A DNA stretch of 64,000 nt from Marsupella aquatica (taxonomy: Eukaryota; Plantae; Marchantiophyta): assembly GCA_973895155.1 (NCBI GenBank), contig OZ316892.1:21329619-21393618 (forward strand), given 5' to 3'. The position numbers and the translations under genes are program-made. This document shows, one piece after another, positions 38,234-50,450 of the stretch; the first letter of the stretch is position 1, and each line of letters opens with the position of its first letter. The notes under the pieces were generated by a model that ran no database searches, was not told the DNA's origin, and saw only the letters and a program-made list of their open reading frames with translations.

Positions 38234-41200
38234 ATGTCTAATTCAGTCGTGCTTCTTCGTCCTGATACTGGGGAGATTGTAAGCATCCCTGTAGGTTCAT
38301 CCAACACGTACAAATAGGTTAGTGAGAACTATCTTTGTGGAAGATTTGACATTGCCATCAACGACATCCATTCCATCAAACCTGACCATGCATCTGGAGA
38401 GGAGACAGATGACGCACTGTTTGATATCGATGATGGAGTCAGATTTTGGCACCTCAATGCTGGAAAGAGATACATTATCAATATCCGACAACATTCCGTT
38501 ATGAATGAAATACATCCAGTTCCATTCATTGACCTTTTCGAGAGTGATGAGGAGGAGGTCGCCGTAGATTTGCAGACATCGGCCAATCCAGGGCCTTCTA
38601 TCAAGATAGAAGGTCACTCTCCTTCCAAGACAAACGTTTTGGGGGGTGTTGTGTACTATCAAAGCGCGATGGATGCCATTCTCAAATCAACTGGCCATAG
38701 TGAACTGTCGCGGTTCATCCGAACAAGCGATTTCAGGCATGAGCAGGTGAATTGTCTACCAAGTAAATACAATGGAAATGTTGTGTTTGAATTGCCTCCC
38801 ACAGAAGGTCTGCTATCAAAAGGTTCGAGGCTCCGTGCATGGACTGGCCTAAAGACTGCTACTTCTGGACACGGATATTTCCAACTTCTGCAAATGTCCA
38901 ACCTAAAAAGTTTTGGGAATTTGGTAAAGTGACGTGTACCGGTGCACTCAAATGTCAAAATCAGAAATGTGATTATCTGTTGCGGAAGAAAAGAAGAAAT
39001 TCAAAACCTTGGGATGGGACACCCAAACTTGCAGGGCCACATACCGTGGGAAAGATTATTGAGGAGGTTGGGGTAGTTTGTCACTACTGCCAACAATTGC
39101 CCTTTTGTACTGAAGCTTGTTCAGCAATGCTTTTTTATATGTACCCGCAATTACTTCTCGACGCGGATACATGTAAACATATGTCGCGGACCTTGTTGTG
39201 CATGTCGGAACTCATGCGCATCCCAGTCGTAAAGTTTTTTCTCGAGGTGCGGAAAAGATTGCTCATGAGTTCATAAAGAAGCAACATGAAGCTACACCAT
39301 GTGCCACACCATCGGGTATGAAGAATGCCATAATTGGATCTTTAAGGAAGGCTCTCTGTGTGTCCAACAATGACATCGGAGAATCGGAGGAAAGAGAAAT
39401 TTGGGAGTTGTTAATGGTTGTTTCGACCCCTCAAAAGTTTGCATCTCTTTTTCGGAGTGTTCAGCAAGACCAAAAAGGTAAAGGTGAGTTAGAGTTTCTT
39501 GTGGAAATGCAGAAATGCATAAACTTTCCCTTTCTACAACGTTACATGCTCCCAAGTCAAGGCTGTAAGGAGGAGAGGCCATATATTTTCAAAATGACGG
39601 TAAAAGGGCACGGATCTGGAGTTGATTTATTGCGCCAAATGCAACCTGGAGGTCGACTAGAAGGCGCGTGGGTTAGTTTTGATGGGATGAGGAGAATGAC
39701 CAAGGATTGGGTAACTTTTAGCACTCACATTTATGATCACAATTACCGTGCTCTTTGCACAATCTTCACATGTGAGTTGAAAGCTAAAGATTCTAAGTCG
39801 TTAGAAAAAGCCTGGAAATTGATGATTGAGGTTTGCCATGAAAATGGGTTAGACAACGTAGTAATCCATGGATTCATGGCTGACAATGCTCAAGCTGGAT
39901 GGAATGTTGTTCGGAACATGTTTTTTGGTGGACATCCTAACCCGGAAAAGGAGCGATCGGATGCATTTCACTTCTATCAATTGTTTCATCGTCATTCAAT
40001 TGAAGGAGTATTGGAAGAAAAACAAGAAGAGCACCAGAAGATGTGGGACTCTTTAAGGAATGCGTCAACATTTCTTGGAGCCTACAGAATTTCTAGGGAA
40101 ATCGATGTGTGGTGGAGATCAGGGAATTGTGTTCCAGGAAAGCTTCGGATGCTCCAAGGTTGGCTTGCGTGGTGGGTGGTCTGATGGCGTCAATGGGGAA
40201 ATTTTATTCGTTTGGTGAGTTTCAACATCCATAAACAAGTAAACACTCAAAATCAACATTTTAAAAGAAGGAATCAAACAAAGTCATACTAGCGCTTGGC
40301 GCTATCATTATTTCCAGTGACTTTTGTGTCCTAGTTCCACTCCAATATTTGCCTGAGTTTTGATACTAGCGCCCGACGCTAGTTTTATTAACCACTTGTT
40401 ACTCGTATTTATCCATATTCTAGTGTGAATGGTGGTAGCGCCAGGCGCTGGCATTGATTAAACCCGAAAACCTAACAAAATGATTTGGTTCAAATGTTTC
40501 TTTATTGAATGCAGTGACTAAGTCATATTTCCTAAACTGTGCTCCAAATGTTTTATGCAGAACAAAAGCATAGAGGAAAGCGCTATGATTCCTAACTGTA
40601 CTACTTCAGAGGCGGCACATTCCATAATGAAGGCTTGGCAAACTAAGAAAAAGGCTGGTCTATTTGAAGCATGTGAGATGGATCAAAATAGGGCTATTTC
40701 ACAAGTTGCTGCGTATACGGCGTATAAGAGAGGTCTTAACCGAGGAACCGGACCTACAATTTGGGAATTGGCATTCCGTTCGGCAGACCAGGCAGGTTCT
40801 TCAAAACTTTTCCAAGATGCTTCCAATATGCTTCTTTCCGGTGCGGCTGAATTTGACCTGGAAAGGAGTGGCCCTCTCAATGGGGATGTTACCACAAAGT
40901 CTATGAAGAGGAAAGGTCAAGCCTCTGGGAACATCTCAGCACAAGACTCCCATCGGCATGACACTATTCTTGTAACATCACCAAATACTCGAGGCATGAA
41001 AAGGAAAAACTTAAACAAGACTGAATTCTCCCCCGTTGCATCGGGTCCTGTTCACCATGACATTGGCGTTGTGGACCTGTCAGAAAGTGAAATTGAAGAA
41101 GGCAGTCATTGGAGTACTCCGCCCCGGAGGAGGTCAACAAGGTCGTCTGCAGCCCTGCAAAGTGCACCTCTCAACCTCCAAAAGGTTGTCCATGACTCAG

Positions 41201-42078
41201 CTATGTTGGAGACAGATGTGCGACCAGGGGCGTGGCACCTACAAAGAGTGACGAGACATGGTGCAGGGCCTCAGTGTAATGGATCTCTTGGTGGAAAATC
41301 GGATCGAGATGACTATCGCAATCATCTTAAAAAGGTTGGTTACTCGTCAACGGATGGTGTAGTTGGCATTGTTGTCAAAGGATATCACGTGTTCAGGGGA
41401 GAACCACACCCTGAGATGATTTGGTTTTGTCCCAATAGTGCATGCTATAAGAGCCGGCCCCGTCGTAATGTGGTGAATCTTCCCCCATTTCCTCATAGCC
41501 TGCCCATTTTGAAAGGAACTAATCTTTCCAAGGCTGAGGTCCAATTCCTGACTCAGCAAGGGATTGCTATCAAGCCAGAGGCCGGACGTTAGGCTGCTCC
41601 ATCTCCTTTTGACTTGTGAATCAATGTGAACCTTTTCCCCGAGAAAACCAATCTCCTTGAGCCAAATATCCGCCTTCGGAGCAGGAATGGTAAAAATACA
41701 ATCCCATGTTCAAATCTTTTGCAAGGGCACAACAAAAGAATTGAATCCGCAAACAAGGAGTTGATGACCCTCGTTCAACAATTTGATGTTTCTGTCGGGA
41801 ACTCTTGGGGCAAACAATTTCAGATCCAAACCCAAGAGAGACTTCGCACGGCAAACACTTATTGGGTACAGATTTTCATTTTCCCATGTTGTTCTTGTGA
41901 GGACTTCTATCATCGCCATTCTCATGGTAGGCCCTTCATGCCGTGCAAGCATCTCTATTGGGTGTATACCAACGTCCTACAACTAGATGTGGTGGATTCA
42001 ACTTTGGCTAGTCAGCCAATTCTGACTGTAGGTGAGGTGAGGCTCATTCTAGCTAGGCAGAATTCTCTGGACTTATAG
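38234..42078 (+). pseudogene. MULE transposase (GCM-like, DDE, SWIM), copy 2
   Basis: Colinear with copy 1: YNGNVVFELPP, CTGALKCQNQKC..CHYC, HVGTHAHP, SFDGMRR, FMADNAQ, DAFHF, SEAAH, CSCEDF..CKHLYW. Intron ~40215-40560; multiple frameshifts and stops. Confidence 0.88.
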
Positions 42079-44394
42079 ACTAGACATTTAGTAACGTTCA
42101 ACGGCTCCAAACTAATTTGTCGCATTGGAACTTTTCACATATTTTCAATGATACCAAATCAGATAGTCATTTTGAATACACATTTTGTTATAACATATGG
42201 CTAGCGTCGGGCGCTAGCTTCAGTTTGTCCCTTTTTGGTGAATCTTGTTTGGTTATGGTCCGAATGCTTTCCAGTACTTATCTTTGCGATCGGAATCAAT
42301 CTCCGTTTGTGAACTTTCCTATATTTGAGTTCTTCTCGTGGGATATAAATCTTCCCCTTCCAGGTCACACTTCATTGAAGTGTACTTAATTATTTATTTA
42401 TGAACACCATTCAATCCATTTGGTCTCATCTCAAACCCCTTGGTTTTTTTGTTAGCGCCTAGCGCTATTACATAGTACCTTACCAATTCCGATGATATTT
42501 TTAAGACTGGTATTTTTTGAGTGTGCCTTGCCTCAGTAGCCTGTGTATGGTGGGACCCACTCTATGGTTTACGCATATATGGTGGAGAAGTAATTCAGTT
42601 ACAGAGACAGCATGTGAATTTGTTGTTGCAAGGAACCCGATCAAGTCTTACCTTTCCATCAAAAATGGGCCAAAAACTTCATATATTTACTGGTAACAGT
42701 TCCTGTTTTCCTGTTAACAGGAATCCTGTTTTCCTATTTCCTGTCTCGGTGGTGATGCCCCTTCTATAAGCCTAAAAGACTTGTGTTTATTGTCACTAAA
42801 ACCTGAGACTTTGTGCTCTGCTTCTTCCCAACATTCATAGATACCAGGATTCCCCGGCAAGATTCCGGCCTTTCCCCACTGCATACCACCGTTTCCTACT
42901 ATGCAAGGAGGGATGATTGCATCTAAAATATAACATCAAAGCTTGGATCAATCTGATGTTGGCCATGCCCTAAAACTTGAGCTGCCTGCCCATGCTCATA
43001 TAGTAGATGTTGCTCTCTCACTGTCGGTTGTTGAGCTGGAATTTGAGCTCGCTGGCTATGGTGCTCATATACAGGATGCATCCATTGCTGCTCTCCATGC
43101 TCATCTTTTGGATTCTTAGCAGGATGAGGGCTCCCTGGGCCCTTAGCGTTACTAATGCAGGGAGGCCGTGCGAACAACGCAAGGGTATTTTTAATGTAAT
43201 GCAAACTAATTTTTATAATATTTTTTAAAGTAGGCAACATCCATGTATATACATTCATCACAATATTAGTAATAAGGCTCTTATCAAATACATGTCACAT
43301 TAATCTTATGCAAGGGTACCTAAAATGTCAAGGACACGTGTCACTATATGGTTGGCACACATGTCATCACTTCATTGGCACACATGTCCATATAGTAAAT
43401 CAGACATTTAATTATTTATCCTCTTAAGGCAAGTTTGGTTTCATGGGTTTGCATGGTAGACTTGTTTACCCGCATGTGTTAAGTTGGGAGTTAAGTAAAT
43501 GTTGGGCCAGGATTTTGGGGCCCAACTCGTTTGGGGTTCTGGGATTGATGGGGACCCATGAATCAATCCCACATAGACAAACAAGATTACTTTTGAATTC
43601 CCTTGAATCAAATGGCCAGGTATGAGGCCAGGTGTGTTTGTGTGTGGGGTGTACTCCCTTGATCATTGGGTTGGGGGGGGGGTACTCGGTGCTCACAATT
43701 GTTTGATTGCAGAGATGGCAGGAAAATTACCCACCATGTCTAAGTAACAATTTCAGCCAAAGGAGATTTGATGGTATTACTCTCCACAATTTTCAGTAGT
43801 CATTTTTTGTATTATTAGTACTTTGTGTCTAGAATATGTATGATTAATGTGTGGTTTGATGTGTCAGGTTGCATGAAAGAAGTTGCCAAAAACTCTACTT
43901 ATCATTTGGTGTTAATGGTTGATGTCATACCATTCTTAGTCAAGATAGAATAATTTAGCAATTGGAGTTTACATAAGTAGTATATATGCAATTATTCCTC
44001 CAAGGATATAGCATAGCATAATAATGCATTTGTACTAGTTTAGTTTATCTCTATGAGGTCTACAAGTTGCCTGAGTTATAGTCATATACTCTAGAAAGAA
44101 CTATAAATCTTTAGTACTAGTTTTGTTATGATCTATATAAAATATGTACCGTGAACATCAGCGTAACATAATATTCCCCTATGCAAAATAGAATATTTTA
44201 TGTTTCAGTATGATATTACAATTTTTAAAAATTCAAGGTTTTTTTTAATTCCTTGAAAAACTCTGTTATAATTTACAAAAGGATAAATTTGTATAGGAAA
44301 AAATAATGTTTTTACATTAACAAGGGATTTTTTTTTGTGAACAAAAATATTAAGAAGGGGTACACGGGGGGTGTCTGTTCTCAGGGGGGTTCAC

Positions 44395-46192
44395 TTAATA
44401 TAGTAAGAGTGAGGGCCCAGGGTGAGGGCTGGAACTATGTCCTTCTGGTTGAGGACGAGCAACAGTAGTGAGATTCTCAACAGGCTGGGGGCTGAACCTC
44501 CTCATCAAGAACCCATTGTCCACTACCCCCTCGGCCGGGAAGCTAGAGGACTGGTATTTAGCTCCCTTGCCCCTATGAGCCCGTGACTCTACTCGGTTTA
44601 TTCCCTCGGGTAAGCCAAAAATCATCTTCAGACGTGCCTCATTGAGACACATCACTCTCCCGTGTCCTTGGGTTTGTTGGTGGGCCTCGTCAAAGTTCTG
44701 AATGAACTCCGTCATATCCTGCCCATAGTACCTGCTTCCATTCCAAGGGAGAGAGGCGAGGTGCTCAAACCCTTGGGTTGTCAGATAGCATGCATGTTTG
44801 GGGTGGAGGATGTTCTTGTGAACATTCTCCCCCATGCGATGCATGGTCAATTTGGCCACCGCAACCGTGGCCAAAGGCAACCCGGATATGGCTGCGGGTT
44901 CCTTCCTCTTCCTACCCCAAGACTGATTCCTGGGGTGACTAGAAGAGGGGGACATCTCTCCTTCCTCTCGGTCAGGTGGTGGTAGTGCGACTGCCGTGAG
45001 TATTGGTGTCGGGGCCGCTAGAGTTATCGTGTTATCCCCTCGGGCTTGCTGGAGTGATGCTGGGTTGTTTGGCGCTTGTTGAGTTGTACCCTGCGGCCGT
45101 CGATTCAGAGGAGGGTGAGCCTCCTTGTCTTCGGAGCTAATATTCATTGCATTCACCACGGATCATCCTCGGAGAGGTGGTGGGACCGGTGGTGGGGACT
45201 GGCTCGGCTGAGGCCGAGGAAGTGTAGGTGCGGGTACGGGCACGGGTTGGCCGGCACTGGTCATTGATGGTAGAGTTGTCATGAAGTTCTGCAGGTGCCG
45301 GTGGAGGTTTTTTGAAGCAAGTGTAGACGGCCCTGTCGACCGGGTAGTGTTGAACTCGTTGTTGATGATAGCCTGGACTCGAGCGGGGATGTGGTCGAAG
45401 TGGTGCCGCTGCAAGTCAATCGTGCCCGGGATATTGAAGACCTCGTCCAGAAGCCGAAGAAATGCCTCCCAGAAGCCAATGTATTTGCCTCCGTCAAAGA
45501 AGTACCCTGATACTTCTTTGGGTTGGTAAAGCTTGCTCTAGGACGGGTAATCAAAGTTAAGGAGATAGTGGTGTCGGCCTGCTAGCTTGCGGATGGCTCT
45601 CTCGTACTCGTGTTTGATTTCGTATTGGCGCGGGTTGGCGTGTTTTAATGAGTCGGCCAAGTGCCCTCCGATAGACAAGAACTGCGTCCAGAATCGTATG
45701 GCCAAACTGGAAAGGATCGTGTGCAACATTCAGAGGAGATAGAAGGCGACTAAGACTGGTCGAGAGAACTGGGGTCGAAGCTGGCGCATGGGCTGAAGAA
45801 CTGGTGCACTGCAAAGGATCGGCCCCCATTTATACCCTGAGACCTCGTCGGTCGCCCGACGCCTCCTCATTGCTTATAGGCTGAGCCTTTCACGCTTGCA
45901 ACATACCGGCCACATTGCCAGTCCGGGTCAGCGCGTGCTAGTGGCCGCTTCTTGGAGTTCATTATATGGACCCGAGGGGGGGGCTCATTACACGCTCGCA
46001 ACCCGGCGTGCGAATGGCGACCCGCCGCCAGCCCAAACACGAGTGCCCCTTATTGGCTAATGATTTCCTACTCATAATGGCTACCTAAATACTGTCAATA
46101 CGCTAATAATCATTGCCTAAGATACCCCTAACGCTCGTGCTAAGCGTGGTTAGGTTGAATCACTCATTACCCGCCATACCGGCGGCGTCACA
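44395..46192 (-). mobile_element. Truncated LTR-like fragment with ORFs related to those in the 51111-60555 LTRs
   Basis: Begins TGTGACGCC (minus strand) exactly where the CACTA transposase frame (..CMKVWD) breaks. ORF 44395-45159 (EFIQNFD..LNEARLKMIFGLPEG..DNGF) aligns with EFISNFD..LTEHRLTQIFGLPTG..DNGY. Confidence 0.7.
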
Positions 46193-49180
46193 ATCCCACA
46201 CTTTCATACATATACAGCGAAATACATTGCACAGTCAAAGAATGACATTATGGACTGGTTTTTGCATGAGACCTCTAAGGCATAGGGGCAGAATATGTTG
46301 CATCAACACATGGTAGTCATGTGTTTTCATACTGCCAAGTTTATTCTTTGTAATATGCTTCTTGAAGGCGCCAACATAGCTAGAGGGCACTTTCAGACAG
46401 CTCAATCTATACAAGAATGTCTTCCATTCTTCCTGTGTGCACACATAGGGAGCTTGGAACTTGAGAAGTACATTGGGATTGCTTGCATGGGGCTTCAACC
46501 AAAGGTGAGGGCGAATCCCCTTCTGTTGCATATCAGCTCAAACTGCTCCTGTATCTTTCTCACCCAACAAGAACTTCAGCAAGCTCTCACAAATATTTTT
46601 CTCAATGTGCATGACATCCACATTGTGTTTGCTGGGCTCGAATTCCTGCACTCCACAAAGCAAAGAATTCAACAACAAAAACACTAATTAACCAAATAGG
46701 AGGATTGTAACCAACATCAATCCACCATTGCTCCAATCTAAAATTGCCATCATGCAGGGGCTGTCCGAGGCTAAGTACATTACCCTCCAGTACTCCAGCT
46801 CCAAGTCCATCAAGGTCTATCTTTTCACACCGTGTTTCACCATTGGATCCTCAGGTTCTCGATCAGTGGCACTTCTCTTGTCCCAGTCAGCCTTCTTGGC
46901 TGCCCACCTCAGGACTTGCTCTCTGGTGACCCTCTGTGGTGGGCCACGAAGCTCTATTTTTTGTTGAAGTGTGCAATTTGAGACCGTGTGTGCCTATAAG
47001 GATGATCAGCAGGCAGATACCTTCTATGCCCCTGAAATTTCATACTGTGCAGGGCATGCAACCACTCACTTGTCACATTTTTCCCACATGGTGTGCACCC
47101 CACATAGCCCTTTGTCACTCGTCCAGATATGATGCCATGGCTTGGGTAATCTGCTATATCCAGCAAACAAATTGCATGCAGTCTAAAAGGGCTGGGTCGA
47201 AGAAGCCCCTTCAGAACATCATGGGTTAACACCCCTTCTATCCACAAAGTCTTCCACTCTTCCACTACTGGAGCCAACATGATATCTATGAATTGCTCGG
47301 TCACAGAAGCTGGTCCAGGGATTAGCAGCACCATCATCACAAAAAACCTCTTTGTAGTCATCCATGGGGGAAGGTTGTAATTTAGCAGTGTAACCGGCCA
47401 ACATGAATAACGGTTGTTTTTGTCTCCAAATAAGTTTACTCCATCCAGTGATAGACCAAATCGAAAGTTCCGCTTCTCTGTAGCAAACTGTGGCCACCTC
47501 TCATCAACAAATTTCCAATGGTTGGAATCTCCAATGTGATGCTGCAGGCCATCACTGCTCTTGTTATCAGGAGTCCATGTCATCATCTTGGAAATGGCAG
47601 GGCATCTAAACAGACGTTGTAGTCTAGGAATGAGAGGAAAATGACGAAGAACCTTGGCAGGGTGTGTACATTTCCCTACATTCTTGTACCTGTGCTTACC
47701 ACAATGAGGGCATGTCAATTTATCTGCATGCTCTTTGCAAAAGAGAACACACCCATCAGGGCATGCGTCAATAGACACATAGTTTAGCCCAAGGTTAGAC
47801 ATCAATTGAATTACCATCTGGTAACACATTTCGGCGCAGGAAGGTCAACAACTTTGTCACAAATATATTGGGAACATTGTGATTGCCACAGATGTTCAAC
47901 AACAACACAACAAAACCCAGCTTGGAGCAGTTTGACCCCTCGTAGATAGGAATGCAAGCTTCTTTGATGTGTTTTGGGCCCCCAAACACCCACTCCCTCT
48001 CTGCTGCACCTTCCCCAATGTCAAAGTCAGGTTCAGGTGGGCCGTGTCCAATGTGTGGCTACGGTTCATTGTCCTCTTCTGAGTCCACTGTGTCGTAAAA
48101 AGCATCAAGGTCTTCAAAAATCTCTTGAACCATTCTTGGGACATCCATCCCACCGTCCTCACTGACTGCCTCTACATCTCCATCTTGGTCATCCATGTTC
48201 TCATGTTGTACCCCAGGACCATCCTCTGCACCGTCTATGTCATGCTCTACGTAGTCTCTACGCCTAGCTGTATTAGAATCCACAAAGTCAGCTCTCCACT
48301 CTTCATCAGAGGAGTCTTCTTCTGCTGGTACATTCCAAACCCTCCACCAAGGGTGCCTTTCATGTCGCAGCAGGTGAAGGTGCATAGTGTTCCAACTCAA
48401 TGACTTGAATCCTTGGCACTGTGTGCATGGCCTCATTCACAATTGGAGGACCCAAAAGGAATGTCACACTCAAAAGTGACCATAGTTTATTATGCTTTAG
48501 GATATCATTTGTAGGGTGTAATGAGATGATATAGAAAATTTGATGTACTATACTTAATAAACATCCTGTAGGTAACATTCATTAAACTATCTAGCATTTG
48601 AGACTTTGAAGATTCCTTATATGTCCTTCAAAGATTGATAAAAGGACTTGTCACGCAATGAGTCACATCATTTCAGGACTCAAAAGGACTCTAAAAATAT
48701 GCATTTTTGACAATGAAATTTTACCAAAGCATGCATACTAATAGAATAATCTTATATTTCAAAACTCAAATACTGACACACACTAAACCTTTATGTACAG
48801 GACAAAAATAATCACTAATTTTGGCTTATTTAGGGCCAACAATAATAGGATCCCTTAAAACAGTTGAAAACTTGATTTATCTACATGGTGAGGTAGGTTA
48901 CACCATGTCAAATAGTCTTGTGAAAAAATTAGAGTTAAATGTCTTCAGATAAAATCATGGTGAAACTTTTTCCACGTTACAAAAGTCATTTTTCAAAAAA
49001 AATATGTTTTTGAGTCCTGAAAGTGGTTCCTGCGAGGTACACCCAATTGTGAATGAGGCCGCATGGGCATCTCATCCTCCTACTCCTACCTTGGGCGGCC
49101 CGGGCTTGTTCACGCATCCACAATTTAGAATCATGATGCCTAATCCTAAATGGGTTGTGAAGAGGCAACCTTGGAGCCAT
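46193..49180 (-). pseudogene. Second CACTA Tnp2 transposase, decayed and 3'-truncated
   Basis: MRCPC|TQC..HLHLLRH (transposase-associated domain), IDACPDGCVLF, FGLSLDGVN, YNLPPW, DIADYPSHG, DVMHIEKN, MKTHDYHVLMQHILP. Confidence 0.9.
48429..49060. mobile_element. 632-bp MITE with 18-bp TIRs
   Basis: GGCCTCATTCACAATTGG ... CCAATTGTGAATGAGGCC, flanked by GCAT on both sides; removal restores the MRCPCTQCQ frame. Confidence 0.9.
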
Positions 49181-49509
49181 CACTATACACACGCACTCAA
49201 CGCCCTGTCATTTTATTATGCAAGTGAAAAATACATTCCCTGTTAAGGATTTCACCCCCGACTGTACTTGCCAAAAGACGTAGCATAACGTTCCAAAAAA
49301 ACAAAAAAACAAAAAATATAGGTGCCTGAGTCATGTACCTATTCTCAAGTGAATGAGACAAAATTCCTAAATGTTTGAGGGTGTCAACTCCTTCGTTGTC
49401 CTCACATGTACTGCCTCTGCACGTACATCCATGACCATATCAGAGTCCAATCATGTATAGTTATAGACACAGGTGCCAGGTGCGAGACCAGTGTGAGATG
49501 TCCTCATCT

Positions 49510-50450
49510 TACTACCACATCAAATACGGATACCAATCCTATTGTTGATGCCACTCAGCCCTGAGGTACTCAGGCATGTACATTAAGTCATCAAGGTCTA
49601 AACCCTGCTCATGCCATGGTGGTCTTTGATCCGTGCCTACAAGCAGTGGCAGCAATGCCCTCCACGGTGCACATGTTGCTACCAAGTCCCTCCACTGGGT
49701 ACTAATTAGTCTATATTTGCAGATATCTTGTGCGCCAGACACCACAAGAACCCTCGGCTAGACATGTGTAAGAACTATATCATCTGCCAAATCAGGCAAC
49801 AAGGAACCACCTACAGCATCGTGCTTGTCTAACTCATCTACTGAAAAGTAAATGTCCTCTTCAGACTGTGCATCCTCATTCACCATGGCATTCACAACAC
49901 ATCCAAGGTCTGCAGGCATTATCTTGGTTGGAGCTACAATCTGTCTGGTTACCAATCCACACATGTAAGCCCAAGCAGTAGCCATGCACGATGCAACCCG
50001 TAGGAGGGAGGTGTTTACAAAAGACAGCAAACAGGAAACAAGATTTAATAACAGAAACTGGTAACAGGAAAAAAACTGGTAACAGGAAAAAAACTGGTAA
50101 CAGGAAAATGGGTGGAATTTTTTTTTGAATTTTTTTTTGAGAAAAAAAAAGTTTTTTTGGTCGACCAGTTTTTTTTGCTAGCGCCCGGCGTTGCTAATAG
50201 TAGCGCCCAAAGCTAGCCAAAAATGTTGCATTGTTAATTTGTTTTGGAAATAATATGTTTTAGGAGACATTTTTAAATTGTCATTTTTCCTGGTAATAGT
50301 GATTTTTTCCTGGTAACAGCATATTAAAAATAGGAAAAAAAATTCCTGTTTACCTGTTTCCTGTCTCCGTCGTTATACCCGTAGGAGGACCCTACATAGG
50401 GCCTGTTGGTTTGGAAGAGGCAGCATACCCACCAAAGTCTTCAGCCAAAC
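49510..50450 (-). pseudogene. F-box-like gene fragment interrupted by MULE-derived MITE
   Basis: LLPDLADDIVLTHV*PRV..DICKYRLISTQWRDLV F-box motif; frame CRVLL|RVASC restored across the TSD. Confidence 0.65.
50008..50380. mobile_element. 373-bp non-autonomous derivative (MITE) of the ParB-MTase MULE family
   Basis: Ends GAGGTGTTTACAAAAGACAGCAAACAGG and (rc) GGGTATAACGACGGAGACAGGAAACAGG match copy-2 termini; 8-bp TSD GTAGGAGG; retains two TAGCGCC..-type palindromes at 50177-50217. Confidence 0.9.

Larger units (their letters stand above)
31480..42760. mobile_element. Large MULE transposon, copy 2 (11281 bp), decayed
   Basis: Left end GGGGTATTTACATAAGACAGGAAACAGGAAAACAGG; right end (rc) GGGCATCACCACCGAGACAGGAAATAGGAAAACAGG. 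8-bp TSD CTTCTATA (31472-31479 / 42761-42768). Excision restores the RNase H1-N frame. Confidence 0.92.
31410..42900 (-). pseudogene. RNase H1 N-terminal hybrid-binding (Cauli_VI-like) domain, split by MULE copy 2
   Basis: Removing 31480-42760 plus one TSD gives RKRWYAVGKGR..NPGIYECWEEAEHKVSGFSDNKHKSFRLIEEAENWL; an extra 13-bp frameshifting insertion lies at ~42850-42862. Confidence 0.8.

Noticed and set aside
1950-42467. Dispersed palindromes as CRISPR repeats or REP elements
   Set aside because: Irregular spacing (tens of bp to kilobases), located in spliceosomal introns, no cas genes, eukaryotic context.
31480-42760. Bacterial/phage contamination or prophage to explain the ParB + MTase gene
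   Set aside because: The gene has GT-AG introns conserved between copies, lies within TIRs with a TSD, and interrupts a eukaryotic ORF.
43670-44400. G-run motifs at ~43675 and ~44365 as transposon ends
   Set aside because: Direct rather than inverted, weak similarity, no TSD found.
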